Virus record (IMG/VR): IMGVR_UViG_3300032268_000973 | Span: 32,001 to 96,000 of that record | Source: a virus | Reading direction: 5' to 3' (one strand) | DNA: 64,000 nt | Shown here: in pieces, positions 19,267 to 28,531 of the stretch | Numbering within the stretch: position 1 is the first letter of the stretch | How the letters are laid out: each line of letters begins with the position of its first letter | Notes under the pieces: generated by a model | The model's input: the letters and a program-made list of their open reading frames with translations, nothing else | The model's database searches: none | Told to the model about the DNA's origin: nothing | Translations under genes and position numbers: made by a program

Positions 19267-22200
19267 ATGGGTGATTCATATAGAATAAGGACTGAGCTTG
19301 GTGTAAACAAATCAATCAATTTACAATTAGACCAAGAATTTGAGTTCTTAGAAATCCTATCGCTTAAAATTCAACAAACCGACATCTACATAAGAAATTG
19401 TGCGGATTATGGTGTTTTGGTTGGTAGAGTCACCGCAAATAATGGTTTCGGATTACCGAATGCAAGGGTTTCAATCTTTATTCCTATAGAACAGGTTGAT
19501 CAATCCAATCCAGTTATTACAAGTATATATCCATACAAATCTCCAGCGGATAAAAATGAAGATGGTTATAGATATAACCTCCTTCCATACAATCCATCCT
19601 ATTCGAAACATGCCGCAACAGGGACTTTTCCTTCGAGATCCGATGCATTGACAGGGTCTACTGTTGTTGAAATCTATGACAAGTATTATAGGTTTACATC
19701 CAAAACGAATGAGAGCGGTGACTATATGATTATGGGAGTTCCTTTAGGACCACAAACCATAGTTATGGATGTCGATCTTTCAGATATTGGTGAGTTTTCA
19801 TTAACACCTCAAGATTTAGTTAGAATTGGACTTGCAACAGAAGCACAAGTTGCTGGTAATAGGTTCAGGGCATCGGCCGATCTCAACTCTCTTCCACAAA
19901 TAATTAACGTAACCAAGAGTGTGGAAATTTCTCCGTTATGGGGAGATCCTGAGGTGTGTCAAATTTCAATCAATAGAATTGATTTTGATCTAAGGGACGA
20001 TGCTAATGTTGATATACAACCGACCTCTGTTTTTATGGGGTCAATGTTTTCTTCACCTGATAAATTTAGGCTCAGAAAAAATTGTAAGCCTAAAGATAAC
20101 TTAGGGAACTTATGTGACCTGACTTCAGGCCCTGGACAAATTTTAGCACTTCGTCAAACTATACAACAAGATGAGGATGGTAATCCTGTGTTGGAAGTTT
20201 TTGAATTAGAGCAAGCGGGTAATATTATTGATGGAGATGGAACGTGGTTGACCGAACTACCGATGAACTTAGATTATGTCGTCACTAATGAGTTTGGAGA
20301 AAGAGTTATATCAAATGATCCAACTTTAGGCATACCTACAAAAGGAAAATATAGATTCAAAATCAAATGGACTCAACCGAATGATTTGACAATGCAAACA
20401 AGGAGACCAAGTTACTTGGTTCCAAATGTCAAAGAATATGGATGGGTTAATCCTGATGCAGATCCAACCAATTCGGGAAGCCAAACAAGGAAAGATTTAC
20501 AAGAAAGTTCATATTATTTCGGATTGGCTTGGTCAGGTTATACAAACGGATTTACGGGATCAGAACAAATAGATCGATTGAATGAGATTATTAACTGTGA
20601 AGATACCTTTTATGAGTTTCAATTCAATAGAGTTTATACTATATCATCACTGATTGATCAGTATAAAAAAGGTGGACGTGGAAGATTTATAGGAATCAAA
20701 GAGATTGATGATGATACCTGTTCAAGTACCGTGAATAAGTTTCCTGTAAATGATGGATTCAAAAATTTTGATTTACTGTATTTTTTATTTTCTATAATTT
20801 TTACGGTAATTCAGTTTGTTGGCTCGGTTCTATTAGTTGTTGCCCACTTATTACTTTTCATATACACAACGGTTATAAGAGCATTGTGTTTTTTGTGTGG
20901 GATAAAGATTTTTGGTATAAGACCTTTCGGGTTTATTTGTAATGCTTTGAGACTGAGTTGTGAGACAAAAAGTTTCTTAGTACGACTACCAATGTTGACT
21001 TATCCAGATTGTCAGTCCTGCACTTGTAAAGAGACGAACGTAGAATCTACCGATGTTTTGGGAGGAACTAATGGGGCATTAACCTATGTTTCTTCCCCAA
21101 CAAGTTATTATGATGGATTACAGTCTTTATTCGGAACAGATGGAACACCATCAGAAGATGTCCAGCTTAAGTCTTTAATATATTCTGAAGCTATTGCAGG
21201 TAATAATGATTCTGTAACTGATTTGAATGTTTTCAAAACACCAGTATCTCAAGTGGTAAGATTCTTATCGGATGAATCCGAGGAGAAGAAACATTTTGCA
21301 TACGCAAAAAGTCTTACTTTGGGTGAAAGAATAAATTTATTCAATACAAGAAAATCATATTTTGAAGATTTGAACAAAATCAAAGTGACATTTTCAAAAA
21401 ACTCAAACATAGGGAAATATCATTTTGACAACACTGTAACTGTTTTGGCGAATCAATTTTATGAATCTGGACAATTGTTAACAACAGTTAATCCTTCAAC
21501 ATCTACCGATAAAAATTTCCTATATGTTACTCAATCTGATAATGGGTTGGTAAATGGTATTACAGGTACAACAATACAAGGTTCAACAACTGTAACTGTA
21601 GATTATGCTCTGACAGAATTGACTGATGATAGTGTTTTATATTCACTTCCAACTGGTAGTACAGTAACTCGTCAACAATACCCACAAGACAGAGAGTATT
21701 TTCAAGTTGTCACAGCAATTACAATCTCAGAGGCGATTAAAATTTGGGATACAGGTGGCATAGAAACTTTTCCAAATGTCTTGAGTGCACCATCAAGAAT
21801 ATTTTTAGCAAAAAGGAGAACAACTCCTATCACAGGTTACAGAGATGATGACGGAACATTGATTAGTCCACTCTCTGTATTAGAGAATATCGATAGCCAA
21901 TATATTTTGATACTTCAGAGAGGGGTCGATCCATATTCACCAAAGTATGAGAACGAATATAAACTCGGTAGAATTTTTGGTAAAAATATAGATGATTCGA
22001 ATTTAACAATAACCGCATCAACTCGATTGAATATACCCATTCAAAAGTTGACACAAACAAATATTTCAGTTCAACCTTTCACTCAAAGTGGGATGTTCTA
22101 CCCATCTTATTTCTTTGAGGCTGGTAATGATTTTAGTGGTTTTACAACTTCAACTGTTGGATATTATGGTAGTTTAGATTCTACATTTGACAGTTTGGGA

Positions 22201-23982
22201 GATGGTATGACCCAGAAAAATATTGGAGGTGTGATTGGTATGGTTTCTGCATCTAATAACGATTTCTATTCATCAACTCAAAATTCCGCAAAATATGATT
22301 TGTCTGAAGATGTTTCGGGGGCCTCATTCATATTTGGTAATATAACCGCGGGATTTAGTTTCGGTTACAAAGATGTAAGGTTCAGCTACTTCACTCCTAA
22401 TGCATATCCTCAGTTGACGGGGTCTCCAATGTCAATATCGTCTAAAACTAACAACGTAATGAGAACGGATAGGTTACCTTCATCCGATGCATTGAATGGT
22501 AGTGCTTGGACTACTAATCCCGCTTTATTACAACAGAATAATAATTTTGTTTTCTATGACATACCTGAGTTGGATCAACCTGAAGCCTTGGTTGGATATG
22601 CAACTGGTGCGGAAATACCGACTGCAGATTTGGAAGGGTTACCAAATGACATTACTGTATTGTCAAGTTTCGATTGTGAGAATATGGTTGGATTAGATTG
22701 TTACACAGGATTTGGTGACAATTTTGAAGTAAATCAAGAATGTACTACTAAAGATGCGGTTGAAAAAGGTTGTTATATTTTTATGAGGAGACCTGGTTTA
22801 GACTTAGTCAAAGATCTTGGGAACTTCGGAGAATGGGCATTTAGATTTAGGTTTTTCTACGGTTTATGTAGAGGAGTTCTATCACAATCATTTATGAATA
22901 ATTGGGTTAATGGTTCCCTATACTTTTTTCCCATCCAAGTTGATACTTTTTATAACAAACAAAATAGAGTTAGTCAAGTTCGATTCTGTGAAGATGTAAT
23001 TTATTATAATCGGGATAGTAACAACTTCTATTATAGAAGTACTCCATATAATAATTCGACTAATAAATTCTTAGGAAAAAGATCAGACAAATCTGAGGGA
23101 GGAATAAATGATTTGAATCTATTGTTCCCTACAACTGTAATCAATTTGGGTATGAAAGATTATTTCTATTCTGAGATAACCTTCGACCCTTCGACCCGAG
23201 GATTTATATTACCAAACATTGGTCCTACAAGTTATGCTGACACATCGGATTTGGTTAATCTTTTTGTGGTATCTAGAATCACTGATGAGAATTTCTTACA
23301 GCAATTGATACCTTTGGGAGACAATTCTATCAATCAACTATTTTCAAGAGATGAAAGAAGAATTGATGGAGATTTAGCTCAGTTGATGTCGATAAACTGT
23401 GAGATAGGGAATATCAATTTTTCACCAGAATATTATGATAGTGTTTCTGGTGAAACAAATCAACCAACACAAATTCTTGGAACTCCAAAGGATCCTACAA
23501 TTGGTGTGTGGTTTTCCTCTACTACAGAGGATTTACAAACCAAAGATTACTTGACACCAGGTCGAATAAATTTTAGGGGGAATGATGATATTGGATATTT
23601 TCCATATCCCTATGGAATTAAGTCTCAACAAGTTCCATTCTATCAATGGAAATTGTATAACACTAAGTTAATATTTGGGACTCAATTGAACGATTGGGCG
23701 ACATCTTCATCTGATATTGTCCAAAATACTAGATATCAATCTTTGGATAGGTTTTCAACAAGCACTCCTTATTTCTTAGGATCGAATGCGATATCCAATG
23801 ACTTGAATGCACGAGGATATATATTCAACGTAAATGGAACTGTGGGAGATGGTCAATATCTTTCAACGGGAGCAATCAAACAAAAGTTTGTTGTTGGTGC
23901 TCCATTCCAATTCTATTTTGGAACCGTAGTTGGTGAAACCGCTTTGGATAAATTCAAAAGAAAATATTCTGTAGATGAATAA
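19267..23982 (+). CDS. 1571-aa baseplate/tail-associated protein with internal hydrophobic, Cys-flanked segment
   Basis: Long ORF in the baseplate cluster. N-terminal GVLVGRVTANNGFGLPNARVSIFIP resembles a transthyretin/carboxypeptidase-regulatory beta fold. About 59-aa hydrophobic stretch at 20773-20949. Confidence 0.6.
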   Translation: MGDSYRIRTELGVNKSINLQLDQEFEFLEILSLKIQQTDIYIRNCADYGVLVGRVTANNGFGLPNARVSIFIPIEQVDQSNPVITSIYPYKSPADKNEDGYRYNLLPYNPSYSKHAATGTFPSRSDALTGSTVVEIYDKYYRFTSKTNESGDYMIMGVPLGPQTIVMDVDLSDIGEFSLTPQDLVRIGLATEAQVAGNRFRASADLNSLPQIINVTKSVEISPLWGDPEVCQISINRIDFDLRDDANVDIQPTSVFMGSMFSSPDKFRLRKNCKPKDNLGNLCDLTSGPGQILALRQTIQQDEDGNPVLEVFELEQAGNIIDGDGTWLTELPMNLDYVVTNEFGERVISNDPTLGIPTKGKYRFKIKWTQPNDLTMQTRRPSYLVPNVKEYGWVNPDADPTNSGSQTRKDLQESSYYFGLAWSGYTNGFTGSEQIDRLNEIINCEDTFYEFQFNRVYTISSLIDQYKKGGRGRFIGIKEIDDDTCSSTVNKFPVNDGFKNFDLLYFLFSIIFTVIQFVGSVLLVVAHLLLFIYTTVIRALCFLCGIKIFGIRPFGFICNALRLSCETKSFLVRLPMLTYPDCQSCTCKETNVESTDVLGGTNGALTYVSSPTSYYDGLQSLFGTDGTPSEDVQLKSLIYSEAIAGNNDSVTDLNVFKTPVSQVVRFLSDESEEKKHFAYAKSLTLGERINLFNTRKSYFEDLNKIKVTFSKNSNIGKYHFDNTVTVLANQFYESGQLLTTVNPSTSTDKNFLYVTQSDNGLVNGITGTTIQGSTTVTVDYALTELTDDSVLYSLPTGSTVTRQQYPQDREYFQVVTAITISEAIKIWDTGGIETFPNVLSAPSRIFLAKRRTTPITGYRDDDGTLISPLSVLENIDSQYILILQRGVDPYSPKYENEYKLGRIFGKNIDDSNLTITASTRLNIPIQKLTQTNISVQPFTQSGMFYPSYFFEAGNDFSGFTTSTVGYYGSLDSTFDSLGDGMTQKNIGGVIGMVSASNNDFYSSTQNSAKYDLSEDVSGASFIFGNITAGFSFGYKDVRFSYFTPNAYPQLTGSPMSISSKTNNVMRTDRLPSSDALNGSAWTTNPALLQQNNNFVFYDIPELDQPEALVGYATGAEIPTADLEGLPNDITVLSSFDCENMVGLDCYTGFGDNFEVNQECTTKDAVEKGCYIFMRRPGLDLVKDLGNFGEWAFRFRFFYGLCRGVLSQSFMNNWVNGSLYFFPIQVDTFYNKQNRVSQVRFCEDVIYYNRDSNNFYYRSTPYNNSTNKFLGKRSDKSEGGINDLNLLFPTTVINLGMKDYFYSEITFDPSTRGFILPNIGPTSYADTSDLVNLFVVSRITDENFLQQLIPLGDNSINQLFSRDERRIDGDLAQLMSINCEIGNINFSPEYYDSVSGETNQPTQILGTPKDPTIGVWFSSTTEDLQTKDYLTPGRINFRGNDDIGYFPYPYGIKSQQVPFYQWKLYNTKLIFGTQLNDWATSSSDIVQNTRYQSLDRFSTSTPYFLGSNAISNDLNARGYIFNVNGTVGDGQYLSTGAIKQKFVVGAPFQFYFGTVVGETALDKFKRKYSVDE

Positions 23983-25672
23983 GTTTACACTAATACCGAG
24001 TGGTCAAAGATACAAAGGTGCTCCCTCTATTGATGAGGAAGTTTCTGTTACTTTACAAGAACAGAGTCAGCAGCTTACTGAGTATGAAAGATCACAGACA
24101 ATAAATCTTGCTCAAGTTTATGATGACGAAAGGCAAATTTGTACTGTATTCAGACCAACATTTAAGGTTACTTATCTATATGATAATGTTTATGATGGTG
24201 TAACTAATTATCAACCATTCGAATATAATCTATATTATACAGAACCAAGTAGATCTAAGCAAAGTGGTATTTGGAAAGGATTTCCACAATATTATGAATT
24301 TGATTTTTACCGACCAAATGTAACTGATTATCATTTTTCCTATAAAGCAAAAAGTGCTTACACATACAATTGGATGTATTACATAACATATCCTTATAAG
24401 AATGATTATGATAAACAACTCCAATATTATTCGACCGATGATAATAATATTACTTGGGTTGCCTCTCAGGGTATTCCATTTACTATATTGAATACAACTC
24501 AAAATGGTAATGGAATTATTTCATTTATTTGTATTGCTCCTCATGGGTTGACTTCTGGTGAATATGTTGAATTGTCATTAACATATAGAGATTCAAATAT
24601 TTTTCAAGTAGATTCTTTGGGTAACGGTAAATTCGGAAGTGATGTCCACATCTTTAATGTTTTCAATATCGGATATACGGGATCGACATTTAACAATGGA
24701 GTTGAAGGGACCTTTAAGAGAGTTATCAATCCTGACAATTTGGAAGAAACAAAATCCAAATATTATATCAAACAATATAAGTTTTTGACTAATATCGAAG
24801 ACCTTGCAATGACAAAGGCTGGGTTTGAAAAAAATGTTTTCGAAGAAAATAAAAAAATAGAGTTTAGTTCAATAACTCCAAACTTAGTGACCAGAATTTC
24901 TCAAAAAAATAGTAGTAACACTTATGATGTTACTTCAAATTATGATCTTGACTTGGCGAATTTATTAGATAATCAAAAAAGACCAATCAATGAAATAAGT
25001 CTTACGATCATAAATAAAGGATACTCAGGATACTTTAATCAACCATTCAATAGGATTGGTATTAAACAGGGATGGGAATTCAATTTAACAAAAACAACAA
25101 ATCCTTGGTGGGATTTGAATAACGAAAAATCAAATTCTAGTGTATTAACTTCGGACTATACTTTGACAAATGGTGCAACCAAAACTTTTTTCTATAACCT
25201 CGACCTGAAAAAAGATGATGTTATGGATGGTGATTTTTGTGAATGGAATGACTATGAACAAATAGAAAGGGTCGTTTCTCCATATTATCATAAAATAAAG
25301 TTCAATCAAAGTGTTTTTCAAACAACGGATGATTATTCTACAAATTCACCAGGGTATTACTATAAGCCTCACAATTCAATGACTCTTAGAGTTTTCTCAG
25401 ACTATATTGAGACTGGTGAATTGGCAACCATTGATGCAACCCCAAGTTGGGCATTTTATTCACAAACTGACCAACAATTTAGATGGAGGGATTTATACAC
25501 ATATGGATTTATAGATAATTTAGGTAGAGGGGTGGACTATCCATTTCTTAATACCGCCCAATATCCATACACTAATGTTGTATTTAGATTGATACCTGAA
25601 GGAATAAACTACAATGATAACCTCCAAGGATTTGGGGTTTCAGTTAAACCGTTAGTTGATGAGTGTGAATAA
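23975..25672 (+). CDS. putative structural protein (565 aa)
   Basis: Long ORF overlapping both neighbours within the tail operon. Confidence 0.65.
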   Translation: MNKFTLIPSGQRYKGAPSIDEEVSVTLQEQSQQLTEYERSQTINLAQVYDDERQICTVFRPTFKVTYLYDNVYDGVTNYQPFEYNLYYTEPSRSKQSGIWKGFPQYYEFDFYRPNVTDYHFSYKAKSAYTYNWMYYITYPYKNDYDKQLQYYSTDDNNITWVASQGIPFTILNTTQNGNGIISFICIAPHGLTSGEYVELSLTYRDSNIFQVDSLGNGKFGSDVHIFNVFNIGYTGSTFNNGVEGTFKRVINPDNLEETKSKYYIKQYKFLTNIEDLAMTKAGFEKNVFEENKKIEFSSITPNLVTRISQKNSSNTYDVTSNYDLDLANLLDNQKRPINEISLTIINKGYSGYFNQPFNRIGIKQGWEFNLTKTTNPWWDLNNEKSNSSVLTSDYTLTNGATKTFFYNLDLKKDDVMDGDFCEWNDYEQIERVVSPYYHKIKFNQSVFQTTDDYSTNSPGYYYKPHNSMTLRVFSDYIETGELATIDATPSWAFYSQTDQQFRWRDLYTYGFIDNLGRGVDYPFLNTAQYPYTNVVFRLIPEGINYNDNLQGFGVSVKPLVDECE

Positions 25673-26489
25673 ATTTGTAATACGGCAAGATGGTCCTGTT
25701 AATAAACAAATTAACATTCCTGTAGAATTAAAGTGGGACTACTTGGGATTAGATTTGGCTATTGACGAATATGAAACCAAGATGATCAAAGATGTTATTG
25801 GTGTGGGAAGAGACTTTGAGGTCTCAAGATTTGCTCATGCGCCTGCCACTGGAACTACAAATGACACCGTAGTAAACTATGAGTTCTATTTCTATTCGGG
25901 AGGATCTTTAGATCAAATTTCAAATTGGAGAATAGATTATCAAAGCGAAGGATTCACTCCACAAGAGATCTATTATTTTTCCAACAATTTTTCTAATTCG
26001 TTTTTCAAGTTAGATCTTTATGATACACCTGATGAAAAACAACAAACTAACTATGTCACAATTATATTACCTACACAACAAGGGGATATTATGGAAGCAC
26101 AAATGCAACGAACTTTGGTTAACATTAAAAAACCAAAATTTGCATTGGACTATATTGGTGATAAAGATGGGTTTTTTATTTATTGGTTGAAGAAAAGAAC
26201 TTTCTTGGACCTAAATACATTCTACATGTCGGCAAAGTTTTTTGATGCCAAAGCAGGACAATTCAAAAGAATGATGACGGGAAGAGGATCAAATCCTGCA
26301 GATTTAACTAATGGACCTCAAGCGAATTTGATAGGAAATAAATATGCTTTTGATAGCACAGAGTATTTTTATTACACCGTAAAATTGGATTATCGAGACT
26401 TAACATACCAAGTCTTGAATACTTACGGACAGAGGATGGGAACCAACATTCCAATAAAATGGTATGAATATGTTAATCCAACACAGTAA
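25659..26489 (+). CDS. putative structural protein
   Basis: ORF 25656-26489; start is ATG 25659 or GTG 25665, overlapping the upstream stop. Confidence 0.65.
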   Translation: MSVNKFVIRQDGPVNKQINIPVELKWDYLGLDLAIDEYETKMIKDVIGVGRDFEVSRFAHAPATGTTNDTVVNYEFYFYSGGSLDQISNWRIDYQSEGFTPQEIYYFSNNFSNSFFKLDLYDTPDEKQQTNYVTIILPTQQGDIMEAQMQRTLVNIKKPKFALDYIGDKDGFFIYWLKKRTFLDLNTFYMSAKFFDAKAGQFKRMMTGRGSNPADLTNGPQANLIGNKYAFDSTEYFYYTVKLDYRDLTYQVLNTYGQRMGTNIPIKWYEYVNPTQ

Positions 26490-27583
26490 TGACACAAGAT
26501 TATTACAAATTTGTTGTTTCACCTGAAAACATCAAGGGAGATTTATCAGTTGTAAATTACAATGGCACTCCTGTTGGGGTCTATTCAGCAATGACTGAGG
26601 TTGTAAGTTCTGGGGTAAACGGAAGTTCAATTCTTACTGGGTTATCTGTTAATATACTATTAAACCAAACCGCTGTTGATGAGGGATATTTTAGTCCATT
26701 TGATGGTGCGGTTCTACAAAAAGACGTTGTTACAAATTTTTTATTTTCTTCAACTACAAGTAATCCATATGTTTGGAATGTGTATAATACTTCTGATGAG
26801 TTTCAAAAGTTTTTGGAATTATCTGTTTACAAAGTTGATTGGGGAGATGGAAGTCCAAAACAAACAATTACAAGTTACGCTCCTAACTCTATCACTCATA
26901 CCTATCCTGAATCAACAAAACAATATAAGATAACCTTGGAACAAACAAATCCTTGGGGAGTAACCAAAGTTTCCAAAACTATAAGTGTTCCATATACTGA
27001 TGTTGTTCCTTTTAACCCAACGGGTCAATTCTTTTTTGCTCCATCTACAGGAAATTGGATTGGAACTTCAACATCCTATGACTACATATTTTCTGGAGAT
27101 GCGGTGAATGAAGTATCCGCACAAACTTCTAATAATTATGTCACTATCCCATTCACAGTTTCGGGGGTAACCAAATCGAGAGTAAATGAATTGGCATTAT
27201 ATGGAACTCCAAAGTTTCAAGTTGGGGTTCCTGTGATTGCTAATGGACAAATTTGGGGAGCAATCTCGGATATGAACGTTATCTATACCGCATATACAAT
27301 TACAGGAGTTCATTACTATGACTACAATGATGGAACGACAATCTTTTTCCAACAATCTTCAGGTTTGACTTCAAACAATCTTACAGCAACTCCGATTACT
27401 AAAGATGAAGTCTTATTGAAAGTTATTGACCAGCCTCAGATACAAACCAATGTTTTTGTGGAAAGAGGAAAGAACAGTGCATATGAGAGAGTCCAAAGAT
27501 TAGGTGAGGTAGATAATTTGGGAGATATGTTAAACTACGGATATGGATTTTTTAATGTAGTTAATAAGGAATCTACTAGATGA
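26489..27583 (+). CDS. structural protein with PKD-like domain
   Basis: YKVDWGDGS...ITHTYP...YKITLEQTNPWG is a PKD-type motif; TAATG coupling. Confidence 0.65.
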   Translation: MTQDYYKFVVSPENIKGDLSVVNYNGTPVGVYSAMTEVVSSGVNGSSILTGLSVNILLNQTAVDEGYFSPFDGAVLQKDVVTNFLFSSTTSNPYVWNVYNTSDEFQKFLELSVYKVDWGDGSPKQTITSYAPNSITHTYPESTKQYKITLEQTNPWGVTKVSKTISVPYTDVVPFNPTGQFFFAPSTGNWIGTSTSYDYIFSGDAVNEVSAQTSNNYVTIPFTVSGVTKSRVNELALYGTPKFQVGVPVIANGQIWGAISDMNVIYTAYTITGVHYYDYNDGTTIFFQQSSGLTSNNLTATPITKDEVLLKVIDQPQIQTNVFVERGKNSAYERVQRLGEVDNLGDMLNYGYGFFNVVNKESTR

Positions 27584-27598
27584 AAAAAAGAACTAAAC

Positions 27599-27606
27599 TA
27601 TTTATA
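27599..27606 (+). promoter_or_regulatory. putative late promoter TATTTATA
   Basis: Same 15-mer context as 19239-19253; 16 nt before the ATG at 27623. Confidence 0.6.
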
Positions 27607-27622
27607 AATTAAATAATAAGAT

Positions 27623-28531
27623 ATGGCAATTGGATCATATGGCACCATAAGACCTTCAGATGTTTCTCCTGCAGATGTAGAAATCATTTTGAATTATACG
27701 CCAACAAGAGATGTTACAGATCAATTTGTTCTGTCAAAATTGGATGCACAGACGATATTAAGACCTTATTTCGCTAACAGCGAAACTGGAGGAACACCTG
27801 GTGTTGAAGTTTTGGGAGGATTATACAACCTGACTTTACCCGCAAATCAATTCAACGCTTTGGGGATATATACACTATATCTAAGACCTGCTGAAATTAG
27901 AACAGTAATAACTGATTGCGGTGTTCTTAGTGCGTTACCTAATGTAAAAGGTATTGTCATTGACATTACTGACGTTCCTACACAATATCAAAACAAATTT
28001 GTCCCTCAGGGATTAGTTGGTTTTAGAATTGAATACTTGAATCCTGATGGATCAAGAATTCCTAATTTCTTCAGAGTAGTTACATCTTCTTTCTTTTGTG
28101 AACCTGTGGTAACAAACGAAGTTAACACAACACAAAAAGCAATAAGATATAGATATGTTGATGGAGATTCTAATTTAATATTTTTGACACTGTCACCATC
28201 TTCATCACCAACAAACAAACCAAACGCCACTCCATATATTGGACAGCCTGATCAGAATATTATTATTACAAATACTTTTTTCAATCCTGTGACTGTCGAA
28301 ATAGAAATGGTTGAATACGATATTTCGTCTCTTGCTATTGCTCTATTTGGAAATCAGACTAAATCGATTGATGATGGTATCTACACAATCTACGATTCTA
28401 ACGACAACATATACAGACAATACAATCTTTATGAAATTAGAGATCAGTTTAATGCTCTTCTATATGAGGTTAGACAGAGTAGAGGAAATAATATTGATTT
28501 CAGTAAAAACTTTACAAATATAACTAGTTAA
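27623..28531 (+). CDS. putative structural protein (302 aa)
   Basis: ATG start after the late motif; coupled to the next gene. Confidence 0.7.
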   Translation: MAIGSYGTIRPSDVSPADVEIILNYTPTRDVTDQFVLSKLDAQTILRPYFANSETGGTPGVEVLGGLYNLTLPANQFNALGIYTLYLRPAEIRTVITDCGVLSALPNVKGIVIDITDVPTQYQNKFVPQGLVGFRIEYLNPDGSRIPNFFRVVTSSFFCEPVVTNEVNTTQKAIRYRYVDGDSNLIFLTLSPSSSPTNKPNATPYIGQPDQNIIITNTFFNPVTVEIEMVEYDISSLAIALFGNQTKSIDDGIYTIYDSNDNIYRQYNLYEIRDQFNALLYEVRQSRGNNIDFSKNFTNITS

